The notes under the pieces were generated by a model, which was not told where the DNA came from, made no database searches, and saw only the letters and a list, made by a program, of their open reading frames with translations. Source: Candidatus Saccharimonadota bacterium (lineage in GTDB: Bacteria > Patescibacteriota > Gracilibacteria > BD1-5 > UBA2023). Taken from it: a stretch of DNA of 32,000 bases. The DNA lies in the NCBI GenBank assembly GCA_963706795.1, contig OY970170.1:690001-722000 (forward strand). The letters run 5' to 3'. The number at the start of each line of letters is the position of its first letter. The stretch's first letter is position 1. Shown in pieces: positions 19,401-29,912 of this stretch. The translations under genes and the position numbers were made by a program.

Positions 19401-22400
19401 CTGACGCTCGGTAATCTGTGCAATCGCGTCTCCAGCACGCCATTCTGGAACGAATGGATTGGTGCGAAGAATACACATGATCTTTTTAATAATGCGCAAA
19501 ATATTGAGTGTCGCACTGATCGCACTAAAGAGTTTTGGAATCGTTGGCGGCGGTGGTAACTCCGGAAGTGTGATACTTGGTAGACTTGGTGGTGTCGGCA
19601 AATCAGGGAGATTTGGAAGTCGTGGAAGCTGTGGAATACTCGGGAATCCAATTGCGAGCGAAGGTACGTCCGGCAAGAGGAGTTTCGGCGGTCTTGGAAG
19701 TACGATTGGAGTCGTACTAAAATGGTATTCTGGCATCAAAATGCGCAGTCCGAGACGAATATTGTGGAGATCGAGAATGATATCCGGCCATTTCGGAAAT
19801 TTGATTACCGGAATTTTCGGAATAATCGCACTAATGATCTTAAAGATAAAATACTTCGCGTCATAGCGCTCATTACGACAGACACCACATTCCGCAGAAT
19901 ACTGTGTGAAAAGATCCGGAATAATCTGCCATGATTTGAGGATGGCCTTGATCAGGATCGTGAGCTCTACCCATGCACGGAAACGCTTACCATTATTGGA
20001 AATCCAGCCTCCCATCATTTTTTCGAGGGATTCTACATTACAGAGTGCCCATGACGCGTAGCGCTCCTTCCAAGTGAGGTATTTGGAGAGTTTTTCGGGG
20101 AAGCGTTTGTAGTCTTGGATAGTTCGGATATTTGACTCGATTGAGCTGATGAGACCTTGGGATTCAAGGATGAGCTTTTGATCAGCTCCGTCCTTCGTAC
20201 CGAGTTTGCTCCATTTTGCTGTTTTTGAGTCGAGTTCTGCGCGTGCATTTTTAGCGGCAGCAGTCCATTCTTTTTCGGCCTTGGTGAGATCTTCTTCGCT
20301 GATGATTGGCACAGTGATATCAAGCGTAGAATTCTCAAATTTGAGCATCGGCAATCGCGAGAGGAACTCATATGCGGCCTTTACTCCTGACACGGTTCGT
20401 CCTGCAGTATTGAGAGTTCCTGCGCTATTTTGAAGTGCCGAATTTGCACTCGATTTTATATCACCAATTACCTTTTTATCGCTCGTTCCTACTGAGAAAT
20501 CTCGGTCTTTGTAGCCGCTCGTTCCTGCAGAATACGCAGCGTCGATCTTGTTCGTAAATCCGCTCCATCCGCTCTCAAATACGCCTCGCATATCTGGGAG
20601 AATGATATAGAGCGTTGGGAGACTTGTGAGTTTGTTGACGACTTCTTCGAGCTGACGATTGACCCAATCCATAATAAAGTCAGGGAAGGCAGAGATTCGA
20701 CTGTGCGAGATCTTTACGATCGAGCCAAGGCTAAAATTACGAAGCGCAGCAACATCGATTGAAACATCAAAATCTTTATTTCCATTTGCTCGTGATCCGC
20801 CGAGTCCGATTCCAATGAGTGGGTTTCGTGGGATTCCGAGGCCACCACCCTTTGATGCGTTTTCGTTGATGTGGGCAGCAAGGCTAGAGTTCCCATTTAG
20901 GTAGTCACGAATCAGTGAATTGTTCTCATTGTTTACAGTTGCAGTCGCCGTGCTTTTGCGACATGCACCAGCATTAATAAATCCATCTCCTGAGCTTGCG
21001 GCTCCGCCAAGAGAGGCAGCATTTCCATCTGAACCATCGTCTTTACAACCAAGAAGTGGCGCAGCAGCGACGATACAATTTCCGCCTGGAATCAGTGGTG
21101 AAAGTCCAGGTGGTGGGAAGAATCCGCCAGCGACATTATTTCCAAAACATGCGGCAGTTCCGACTGCACCCGTGATTGTTGGAGTGACAAAAAGTCGGAA
21201 TGGTCCAGGTGCGAATCCAAAGATTCCTCCAGCTCCGAGCGCACATGGGGGCCAAGCTCCTGGATGCGTGCCACACCAAGTGACTGCCGAGTAGGCCGGC
21301 AATCCCGTAAATGGAGTCATAGGCCCAAGTGGTATTCCAAAAGCGACCGGTGCAGAACCTGGTGCGAGTGGTGCCCAGTTGAGAGGAAGCGAGAGACAAC
21401 TTCCTCCCCCAAATCCACAGCCGAGTCATCGGACAATTGTATCGATACCGTTATTGATGGCGTCGACATTGGATTTTGAAAGTCCTGATACATCGATCGT
21501 TCCATCGCCATTCGCAATCAAAAATGGATTACCTGCTGTGTCATGTGTATCAGGAAGTCCGATATTTTGCTTCCTGATATCTACGTTTTTTGCTGCGAGT
21601 ACAAAGTGATTGAAGGTTGCCTTCGTGAGGATCTTCCAACCAAGTCCAAATGTTCCCTGATTGTCAGTCCACTGAGGCTTGCTCGTCTCATTAAATTGGA
21701 TCGAACAATCGACAGATTGGCCGTCTGCACCTGTTTTTTTAGCGGATGCATAGAGTTTAAAATTCCCAGCGCTGTCATTCACGTCGGCTTCGTTTATGGT
21801 TTGTTGCCAGCCAGTGAGACGAATATCCGAAGTTGTGTAACCATCGCCTCCACACTGTGCATAGCCCGTTCCAGTCGCCACACCGATTCCAAAAAGCTTG
21901 TCGCCACTCTTATATCCGTTTTTGAGTTCAGTGGTTGCAAGTACAGGAATATCGCCGGATTCGGATACAGAATTTTGCTGAATATATCCCTTCTTTGAAT
22001 CTGTAATAATACGTCCAATCTCAACATTACCAGCAGAGATTGAACCCGAAGTATCGCGTGCTTCTCTAAATACGAGAATACCGTCCTTGGTTGGATCCCA
22101 GAGATTTCCACCAATACTGTAATTGTCTCCGTCTCCTGAGAGGACATCTATATAGTCCGGCTGACCATTATGATTGAAGTCCGTATATCGCCCCTGAAGT
22201 CCGCCCGTAGGATCAGACGAATTAGTTCATTCTTTGACTGTACGAGTGTAGCTTCGAGGACGTGGATCGACGGTTTTCCAGAGGACTTCTGCTTCGCCAC
22301 AGAGGCCGTTGGCATTCATGGCGACATCTCCAAATTGGTCATCTGACTCTAGAAGTCCGACTCTAAATTTACCGAATGCAAGGGCATTTGCATTCATCTC

Positions 22401-25400
22401 ATAGGTGATTTTGATGGTTTCTTTTGGTCCAATATCAAAACCTCCGAATTGCAGATCAAATGGTCCATCTAAAACATCCGAAAGCGCCCCAGAAAATACC
22501 TGACCAGCACCATTCGTACGAGTATAACGAGGCGTGTCTGTTTTGCTAAATACTCCAGAATCATTCGAATCAAGATAGCTGACATTTCGGAGTCTGTCTG
22601 TCCCTGAGTTCGTGAGTGAGACAGTGATTTCTACGCGATCACCCGATTGAAGCGTACCGCCATTCTTGTCTTTATAGGTTTTGGAGGCGATGATATTTTT
22701 GGCATCGAGGAATTCAGATCTGAGATAGGTCTTGGTTTCTTCGATGGTATTATTGCTCAGTGCATCGGTATTTACTGCGTCATTTGCCGCTTTATCTGAG
22801 ATATCGGCGATACCGCTTTTGATTTTTTCGATGAGCGCAGTGTTTGGGTTTCCAGGATTTTCTGGATCATCGCCAACTCATGCCTTTAGGCGAATAGTAG
22901 CAGCTGCCTGACTTGAGACTGCTCGTGAAGTCTTGGCAACGTAGTAGAGTTTGCTGTCGAGTAGACGCTTCTGATCCGTTGCAGAGAGCGCGCTGCTGGT
23001 TGAGTTGTCAGTCGTGCTCGGGTTTTGACCAAGTGCAAGTGACTCGTTGTAATAGTCGGTCTGATCAGGGCTCTGCACTTCTGGAAGTCCGTCCCAATGC
23101 ATGGCACCACCTTCGTTCATAGCTTCGCTTGTGAGCTTGAGCCCGAGGTCAGTTGCGAGTACTTTTTTAGTAAACTTTGTCCCAGAAGCATCCGATCCTC
23201 CGTACAAAATCGAGAGCTCGCCTGAGTCATCGGTAATAACGATATCATCTGCACCGTCCTTATCCATATCAAAGGTTTCGAGCTGCATGATGCCGCCTTT
23301 TATGACTGCTGGATTGCCGGATTCATCAAAGATGCGTGGTACTGTTCGTGAAAATTTTCCCTTGTTGTTGTCGAGAATGATGAGCTTGCCCTTCTTATCG
23401 ACCATCACGATATCCGTGTAGCCATCGTGCGCGAAATCACCCGTTCATTTGCGACTCTTACCAGCATCGGCAACATAGGCGAGATAACCAACGCTCTTGA
23501 TAGTTCCACTATAGTTTTGGAGAAGCTCGACGCGACCATCATCATAAAATACAACGATATCAGGATATCCGTCGCCATTCGTGTCGATCTGAGAATATGA
23601 TTCGATGATACCTTCTGCGCTTTCGGTGAGTTTTTGACCAATGGTGCGATCATATTTCGTCTTCCCGTTTTCAATGCGTGGAAGCTGGGCGACAGGATCA
23701 CCGAGATTGATCATGCTGTAGGTGGCAGCAAATTTCGTTGCTTCGCCTACTGAGGCTCCGGCTGCGAATTCGAGGAGACTAGTCGATCCATTTCCAAATC
23801 AGATTCCTTGTTTTGTGCGGTATTCCTCGAGACCGGTTTTTGTCGCGCTTCCGACCATTTTTTGATTAACGGAAGTCGTGGCATCTTCGATTTCGTAGAG
23901 TGTGATTCCGCGAGGTCATTTCGAAGAATTCCCAAGGCTATTTGAGCTTGTGCGGTAGCGACTTGAGATTTTTTCGAGGACGAGGGTGCCAGGATTGGCA
24001 GCGACGACATTATTTACTTGGTCAGGATCAGCAACTTCGACATGATTTGCATTCCATTTCATGGCGAGATATCCGATCTTGGTTGTACCAGAGAGGATAG
24101 TAAATCCGAGAATATTTTTGGTCTGATCTTTGTCGTATTCGACAGTGACAGATGGATATTTGCTCACATTTCCAGTTGGATCGATCTCAAATACTTTGGT
24201 ACCACCAACTTCGAGAGCGAGAGTTCGCCCCTTCGTTACTTTGCTCTGACCAAGGGCTTTGAGGAGCACAAATCTGTCATTGGCTGTAGACTCGCAATTT
24301 GAGAGCGTCTCGGAACCATCCGCATCACATGGCACGAGAGGTGTGTCATTTTGGAGATTTAAGTGGATGCGAGCGACATTTTCGCGTAAGAATGGATCGT
24401 AGACTGAGATCGACGAATGCCCATTCGCACTCTCGAGTTCCATTCTCGCAAGCGAACTCGAATCCCCCTGAGCCGTGAGTTTCCCACCTGGCGTGAGTGA
24501 CAGGATCGAGTGCTTTTCAGAGGCATCGTTGAGTGTACTCGTCACCGCAAGCGATCTGCTATCTGGCGCAAAGAGGATTTCTCCAGCGAGATAATTAGGA
24601 ACCGTGACATTACCATAATCCGCACCCAAGAGTGTCGTATAGAGCGCGTTGTAATTGGTATTCTGAAGCTTTTCCTTATTCCACAAATAATATGTATCAA
24701 CGAAGGCGACGTTATTCGAATATCCGTGAATCGTGAGGTTGGCGCCAGATTTGTCAGTAACCGTAAAACTATTGTTCTCGAGTCATGGTGCCACCTTTAC
24801 GCCGTAATAGAGCGTTCATGGCATACGTGAAACGAGCAGATCCGTTCGTGCGATTCCATCTTTAAAATCTACAGTATCCGCACCGAGACGACCAAACTGT
24901 TTGGCGCTGTCAGGTATGAAGAATGTAGCCTTCACTCCCGAAGCGTGGTTGTAGGCGACATTACCATATCGGTCGAAGAGCTTGGCAGTCGCGGTTGTTT
25001 TTACTCAGACGCGTGCCTCGAGCGATGTCTGATCAGCCGAAAGACCAACTCGCATCGCCACATCAGGAAGGACGGTTACAGTATTTGATTCGATATCTTT
25101 GATCCCTGGGATTTGGATATCGAGGGCGAGATTTTTGGCAGCGAGATATTTTGGAGTGAGCGTGATCTTGTCAGTATTTACTCCATTTTTGATCGAAACA
25201 AAATTGGTCGAGAGCACCCCAGAATTCTTTGGAAAATCGAGCGAAGCCACTCCAGAAAATCCATCAATGAGCGCACCATTTTTGTCGACTACCTTAATAT
25301 GCACTTCGTGTGGATCTTTACCTGCAACGATCGTATCACTGCTATCTACATCCACATGGATCTTGGCATAATCCACCGAAGTCAGTTTGATGCTCGTCTC

Positions 25401-28400
25401 GAGATTGCTTCCGTCGAGTGCGATCTTGATAGTCTCGGTTTCACCTCCATTATTTGAAGTCAGATCAAAGCTCGAAAATCCATCCACCGTCGTCTTTTGG
25501 ATTTTGGTATCTTTGTTATCAAGGAAGTATGCACCGCCCGACAGTGTGCCATTGAGCTTGAGGAAATTTCCCTTTGCAATGTTATTAAATTGGTCGATTG
25601 CACGTACGAGAACCGTATCTTTTTGTCATCGCACAAATACGCTCGAGCTCGCAATAGCATCGAGCCGAATTGGTTTTGCAGGAAGTACTGTAAATGTCTT
25701 GTCAGCAAATCGGTCTGAGCTGTCAGTAAATTCAAATCGGTAATTGCCAGCGCGCGTGAGCAGTGGTCCTTTGTAGCTAAAACTACTCGAAGTAATTTTT
25801 ATTGGTCCTTCTACTCGTGTGTTATCGACATCATCATAGATATTGAGTTCGATCGGGAAACTCATATTCATGAGATCGCCATTTGCCTTTTTGGTTGTGA
25901 GTGCAAATTCGAGCGAGTCTGCGTTACCTGCAGTGATTGTGGACTCCACTGATTTCACTCCATTTTTCTGGCTATTGGATGCGATATCGAGTGATTCGGA
26001 TCGAACTTCGAGTGTGAGTTCGTTGGAGGTTTTTGTGAATGCGACAGCATTATTTTTGTCCTTTGGCGCGACGGTTGCATCGAGGATCACATCGACATCT
26101 ACGTTTTTTGCCTGGATGGTGTATTCGGCAACGCCCATTTCGGCACGTACGCTGATCGGCGTAAAGTTGATATATTTTTGAAGGGTTTCAATCTTTGAGC
26201 TATCACCGCTTCCATTACGAGCATAGACGATACTGCTCTTGCCTCATTGATAAGCAACGACGCGCTTTACATCGAATGAGACTTCGTTAAACGAATCATT
26301 CGCGAGAACCTTGTCATCTTTTTTGAAGGTTGCCCTGATCGGAGTGCTTGCGTTGTATGCAAGACGTTTGTGGTCTGCAGAAAGATCGATATTCCCGTCT
26401 TTGATCCATTCATATCCGTCGATAATTCCGTTATTATTCGCATCAACTTGCCAGTCAGGAATACCGTCCTTATTCGCATCAACTGCCGTAAAGAAATCTC
26501 GATCCTTCGCTCTATTATTGGCCGGTGCAACGCCACAAGAACCTGCTCCAATTGTTGGAGGAAGTATTGATCCAAGCCAACAAAATACTGCAGGAAGCCA
26601 TTGCCAAATAGGAACTCCTTCTGGTGGTCCACACTTAAAGACGGCTTTGTTTTCATTGAAATCTCCCACATTGGCTCCGTCGAGGAGATTTTGGAGAGTA
26701 TTTGCTTCGTTCTGAATATCGCTGATTTCTGGTGGCAGAATACCCTTGGCAGCAGGATCTATTTTCAGGAAGAGATTTTGTGCATCACCCGATCCAGCAA
26801 TATATGCCATTTCATAGTCCGACTTGTGACCAGGAAGCGGATAACTCGAATTTCCATCTCGATCAAGTCCATGCTCGAGCACAAATGCGTATTTTGAAGT
26901 CGCATTCCTGAGATTATACCAAAGCACTGAGTCAACAATGCTGTTCATAGCGACTTCATTCGAAGTCAGAACATTATAGAGATCAACCTTAGCAGCTGGG
27001 TATTCTCCGGATTTTAAGAGATCATAGACAGCTTTTTTCTCTGCCGTAAGACTCGCGGGACTTTCGCTCGTGATGAGAGCATTAATCTCGACACTTTTTG
27101 CATCAAGCTCGGCTTTGATTCGTGCTTTGACCTTGTCAGTAGTGAGATCGACTCATTCTGGCCAAGTCAGGCGATAAAAATTTGGAAACTCGATTTTGAC
27201 GATATTTCCCTTTGGCGAAATAAAATCGATATAGCGATTTTTGTCTGCTGCAAGTGACGGCGTTGCAAAATTTTTGAGTGCTGCGCCGTATTCCTCGTCC
27301 GTAGGTGAGATGTGCTCAATCCAAGAAGGAATCTTTTTAAAATCTCGTGATTCGTGGACTGTGCTGTCTATTGGACCATTTTCTCAGGTGCTGGCACATG
27401 ATGAACCATAACTCTTCACGCCAGTTCCGCCGAGTTTGATATCGGTGATCGTACAAGACTTTGGTGATTTTCCTAAGATTGCGGTCTCAAAATCAAGAAC
27501 ATCACCGAGTTCTTTGTGGCCATTTGCGGACTCACCAGTTCATTTCATTGCACAGACAAATCGCGTCCCTTTGCTAGCGTCTGGGTAGTAGTATGTCGTG
27601 CTGCGTGATCCCACATCAACATCCGTTGCAGAATACGGATCCGCCAAAAAGTTTGTCTTGAGACAATCCGCTGGCGATGCAATCTGAAGCGCGCCTCCTG
27701 GAGTGATTTCCTTGCTTCCACCGAGATCAAATGTAGGCGAAATATATCCAGAATACTTGTTGTTTTTAAGGCTGAGTTCTGTAGAGATCTTATCTTTGTA
27801 TTTTGCGAGATTTTCGGGTGTTGCGTTTTTGGTGATGTCGGCAATATCTGCCGCCGAGAGACTATTCGTCTTGAGATTGAGTGGTGAATTTCCTCCCCAA
27901 GTGTCCAGTGTATATGCACTTCCATCAGCCGCAAAGCAGGCTCCTCAACCGAGTCCGACAAATGGTGTGACATTTGGATTGCTCAGTGCGTCGAGATCCT
28001 TCTGTACATTTTGCACGTTATATCCACGATTCGCCTCTACTGGAAGCGTCGATCCTCGGACAATGCTACAATCTCCCGCGGTTTCGAGACTGTCTGCGCG
28101 ACGTCCGAAGAGATAGTTGCTATAGCTTTTTGGCTCTGTGCTAAAAAGAGGCATACCGTCTGGTCCGACGAGTCCGCCAGTTTTTGTATATGTGGTTGGT
28201 ACGGCAATATCTCGCGAGAGACCATTTTGGACGATCTGGGTGATTTCGGATTCAAAGATGCTATTCGTATCTTTGATCGACTTCTTCATAAATTCGTCCT
28301 GCTTGGATATCAGGACAGGTGCGACATCGGCTCTTACATTTGTGCCATCTCCGTAGCGCCCAGTGTTATAGACAAACTTGAGGATGTCACCGAGATATTT

Positions 28401-29435
28401 CGCATTAAAGACTTCGAGGAATTGCTTTACGGATTTATCAATTGCTGCCTTTGTTTGGACATCTGGCGCATTCGAAAAATCGATAGAATCCTTGCCAAGT
28501 GATCATGCAAGTGCTGCGACTGCAGGATCATCTATCGCACTGATTCCAGTATCTTGGAAACTCTGATAGCTGTCATAGAGCGTCTTTGCGAGATGCTTAT
28601 TAAAGCGGTTGTAGGCGATATCTTCGAGATTTTCGAGATAGAGACCGTAGGCTTTCCAATTGGCGAGGCTCGTGGATTCTTGGTCGTGATACGCATCGAG
28701 ATAAAAAATCGAAGGCTCGCTCAGCGAAGAGCTAAAAGCCCCTTCGCGATTATAAAAATCATGTGTCTTATCGAGGAATTGCCCGAGACGCTGCTTGTCC
28801 TGATCATGAGAACCTGTATTTGGCATGATTACTCCGTGCCAAATCTCTGGGGTATCTTTGATATTTGCAGTCTTTGAGACCTCGTAATATCCATCCTCGG
28901 GACTGTATTCGAATACTTTGTCATCAAAATCCGTGTACGGATAAATGCTCAAAAAACTATCCGTCCCGCTATGCACAACTGGCAAAGGAAGTGCCCCTAT
29001 AAGTACCGTTCCTACCAGTCTCGAAATCCCATTGCCGTCACCCTGATAAAACAGTTTTTCGTTCAGTGCTGCGATATTATGCGGAGAAACATTGTCCGGA
29101 ACCTCTACAATGAGTACTCGAGTATTGCCGAGTGCATTTTGGATATCGTTCGCATAACGCTTGATCTTGGATTTGATATCGCCCGAATTTGTATCCGAAC
29201 TCACAATGATCGAAACAAGGTTTGGTGCCTCGCTTCATGCCGCCTGAGTCAACGGAATCATCGGAAACTGGACTGTTTGGACGAAAAATATCGAAAAAAT
29301 CAGAAATCCCGACAGGAATTTCTTGAATGGAATCTTGGAAGCCTTTAAAAACATGGTTCTTCGAGTATGGATGCGAACTTTGGGACTTTTGGCGCATACT
29401 ATCATTTTCGATGTCATTTGCAAAGTTTTCACCAT
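16386..29435 (-). CDS. Giant signal-anchored surface/secreted multidomain protein (about 4,349 aa), adhesin-like
   Basis: Thirteen track fragments are all in one frame: 29235..29459, 28503..29204, 27945..28289, 26244..26948, 25626..26138, 25005..25487, 23916..24686, 23445..23714, 22878..23408, 21426..21881, 18609..21320, 17934..18281 and 17193..17654. I hand-translated every gap and the 3' extension to 16386. They contain 27 TGA, no TAA/TAG, and protein-like sequence throughout. An in-frame TAA lies upstream at 29472-29474, and the stop is TAG 16386-16388. The N-terminus has a hydrophobic anchor (FKKFLSGFLIFSIFFVQTV). The start is ambiguous: ATG 29435, 29405 or 29354. Confidence 0.9.
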
Positions 29436-29516
29436 GGGTTTTTGCTCTTTGTAGAGCACACTATTTGAAGTTTATTTCAAAATAAAATCCAAAACTTTTA
29501 CTCTCTTAAAAAAAGA

Positions 29517-29545
29517 TTCGACTTTCCGCGCGAATTCTCTAGAAT
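29517..29545 (+). promoter_or_regulatory. Sigma70-like promoter candidate for tRNA-Lys
   Basis: TTCGAC (29517-29522) is separated by a 17-nt spacer from TAGAAT (29540-29545). The tRNA 5' end lies 15 nt downstream. Confidence 0.4.
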
Positions 29546-29559
29546 ACGCCTCGCTTCTT

Positions 29560-29635
29560 GGGTTCGTAGCTCAGTAGGTAGAGCAGGGCCCTTTTAAGGC
29601 CAAGGTCGCGGGTTCGAGCCCCGCCGAACCCACCA
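29560..29635 (+). tRNA. tRNA-Lys (anticodon UUU), CCA encoded
   Basis: I folded the cloverleaf by hand. The acceptor stem GGGTTCG/CGAACCC is perfect. The D-stem is GCTC/GAGC. The anticodon loop is CT-TTT-AA on a 4-bp stem with one mismatch. The T-arm is GCGGG-TTCGAGC-CCCGC. The discriminator is A, followed by CCA. Confidence 0.95.
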
Positions 29636-29642
29636 AAAAGCA
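29616..29642 (+). repeat. Direct repeat copy 1 (3' end of tRNA-Lys plus 7 nt of flank)
   Basis: gagccccgccgaacccaccaaaaagca is a 27/27 match to 29772..29798. Similarity continues (tcaaaa) after a 1-nt indel. Confidence 0.85.
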
Positions 29643-29648
29643 ATCAAA

Positions 29649-29678
29649 ACTCCCATCTTTCACGAGAGGGGAGTTTTT
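29649..29678 (+). terminator. Intrinsic terminator after tRNA-Lys
   Basis: The stem actcccatct pairs with agaggggagt (one mismatch) around the loop ttcacg. TTTTT follows. Confidence 0.55.
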
Positions 29679-29771
29679 ATATGAATTTCTTGGCTCGAAC
29701 GCGAGGTAAAATGCGTTAGCATTTTAGGATGCCAACGATTTGGCATCCGGCCGAGAGCGTCCCAAAGGAAA

Positions 29772-29798
29772 GAGCCCCGCCGAACCCACCAAAAAGCA
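29772..29798 (+). repeat. Direct repeat copy 2 (orphan duplicate of tRNA-Lys 3' end; att-like)
   Basis: This copy is identical over 27 nt to 29616..29642. The upstream sequence does not fold into the rest of a tRNA. Confidence 0.85.
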
Positions 29799-29912
29799 TC
29801 AAAAATCGAGTCGACTCCGTCGTATTTCGATGAATGAATGCAGTTTCATAAAAAGAAGTAATATGCCTGAAGTTTCCTGTATATAATCCATCATCTATTT
29901 TCATGCTTCTGT

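Noticed and set aside
21794-22147. 117-aa minus-strand ORF
   Set aside because: This is an off-frame overlap with the giant ORF. The main frame here encodes plausible FG-GAP-like sequence (GDGDNYSIGGNLWDPTKDGILVF).
18432-28502. Numerous plus-strand ORFs (for example 18432..18983, 19459..19866, 20920..21294, 25387..25743, 26311..26715, 27703..28116, 28011..28502)
   Set aside because: These are antisense shadows of the giant minus-strand gene. Their products are compositionally odd, none has a recognisable motif, and they cluster where the sense strand is Gly/Pro/Ala-rich and therefore stop-poor on the opposite strand.
29716-29904. 62-aa minus-strand ORF
   Set aside because: It spans the duplicated tRNA 3' fragment and a hairpin. 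It has no start context or motif and is probably spurious.
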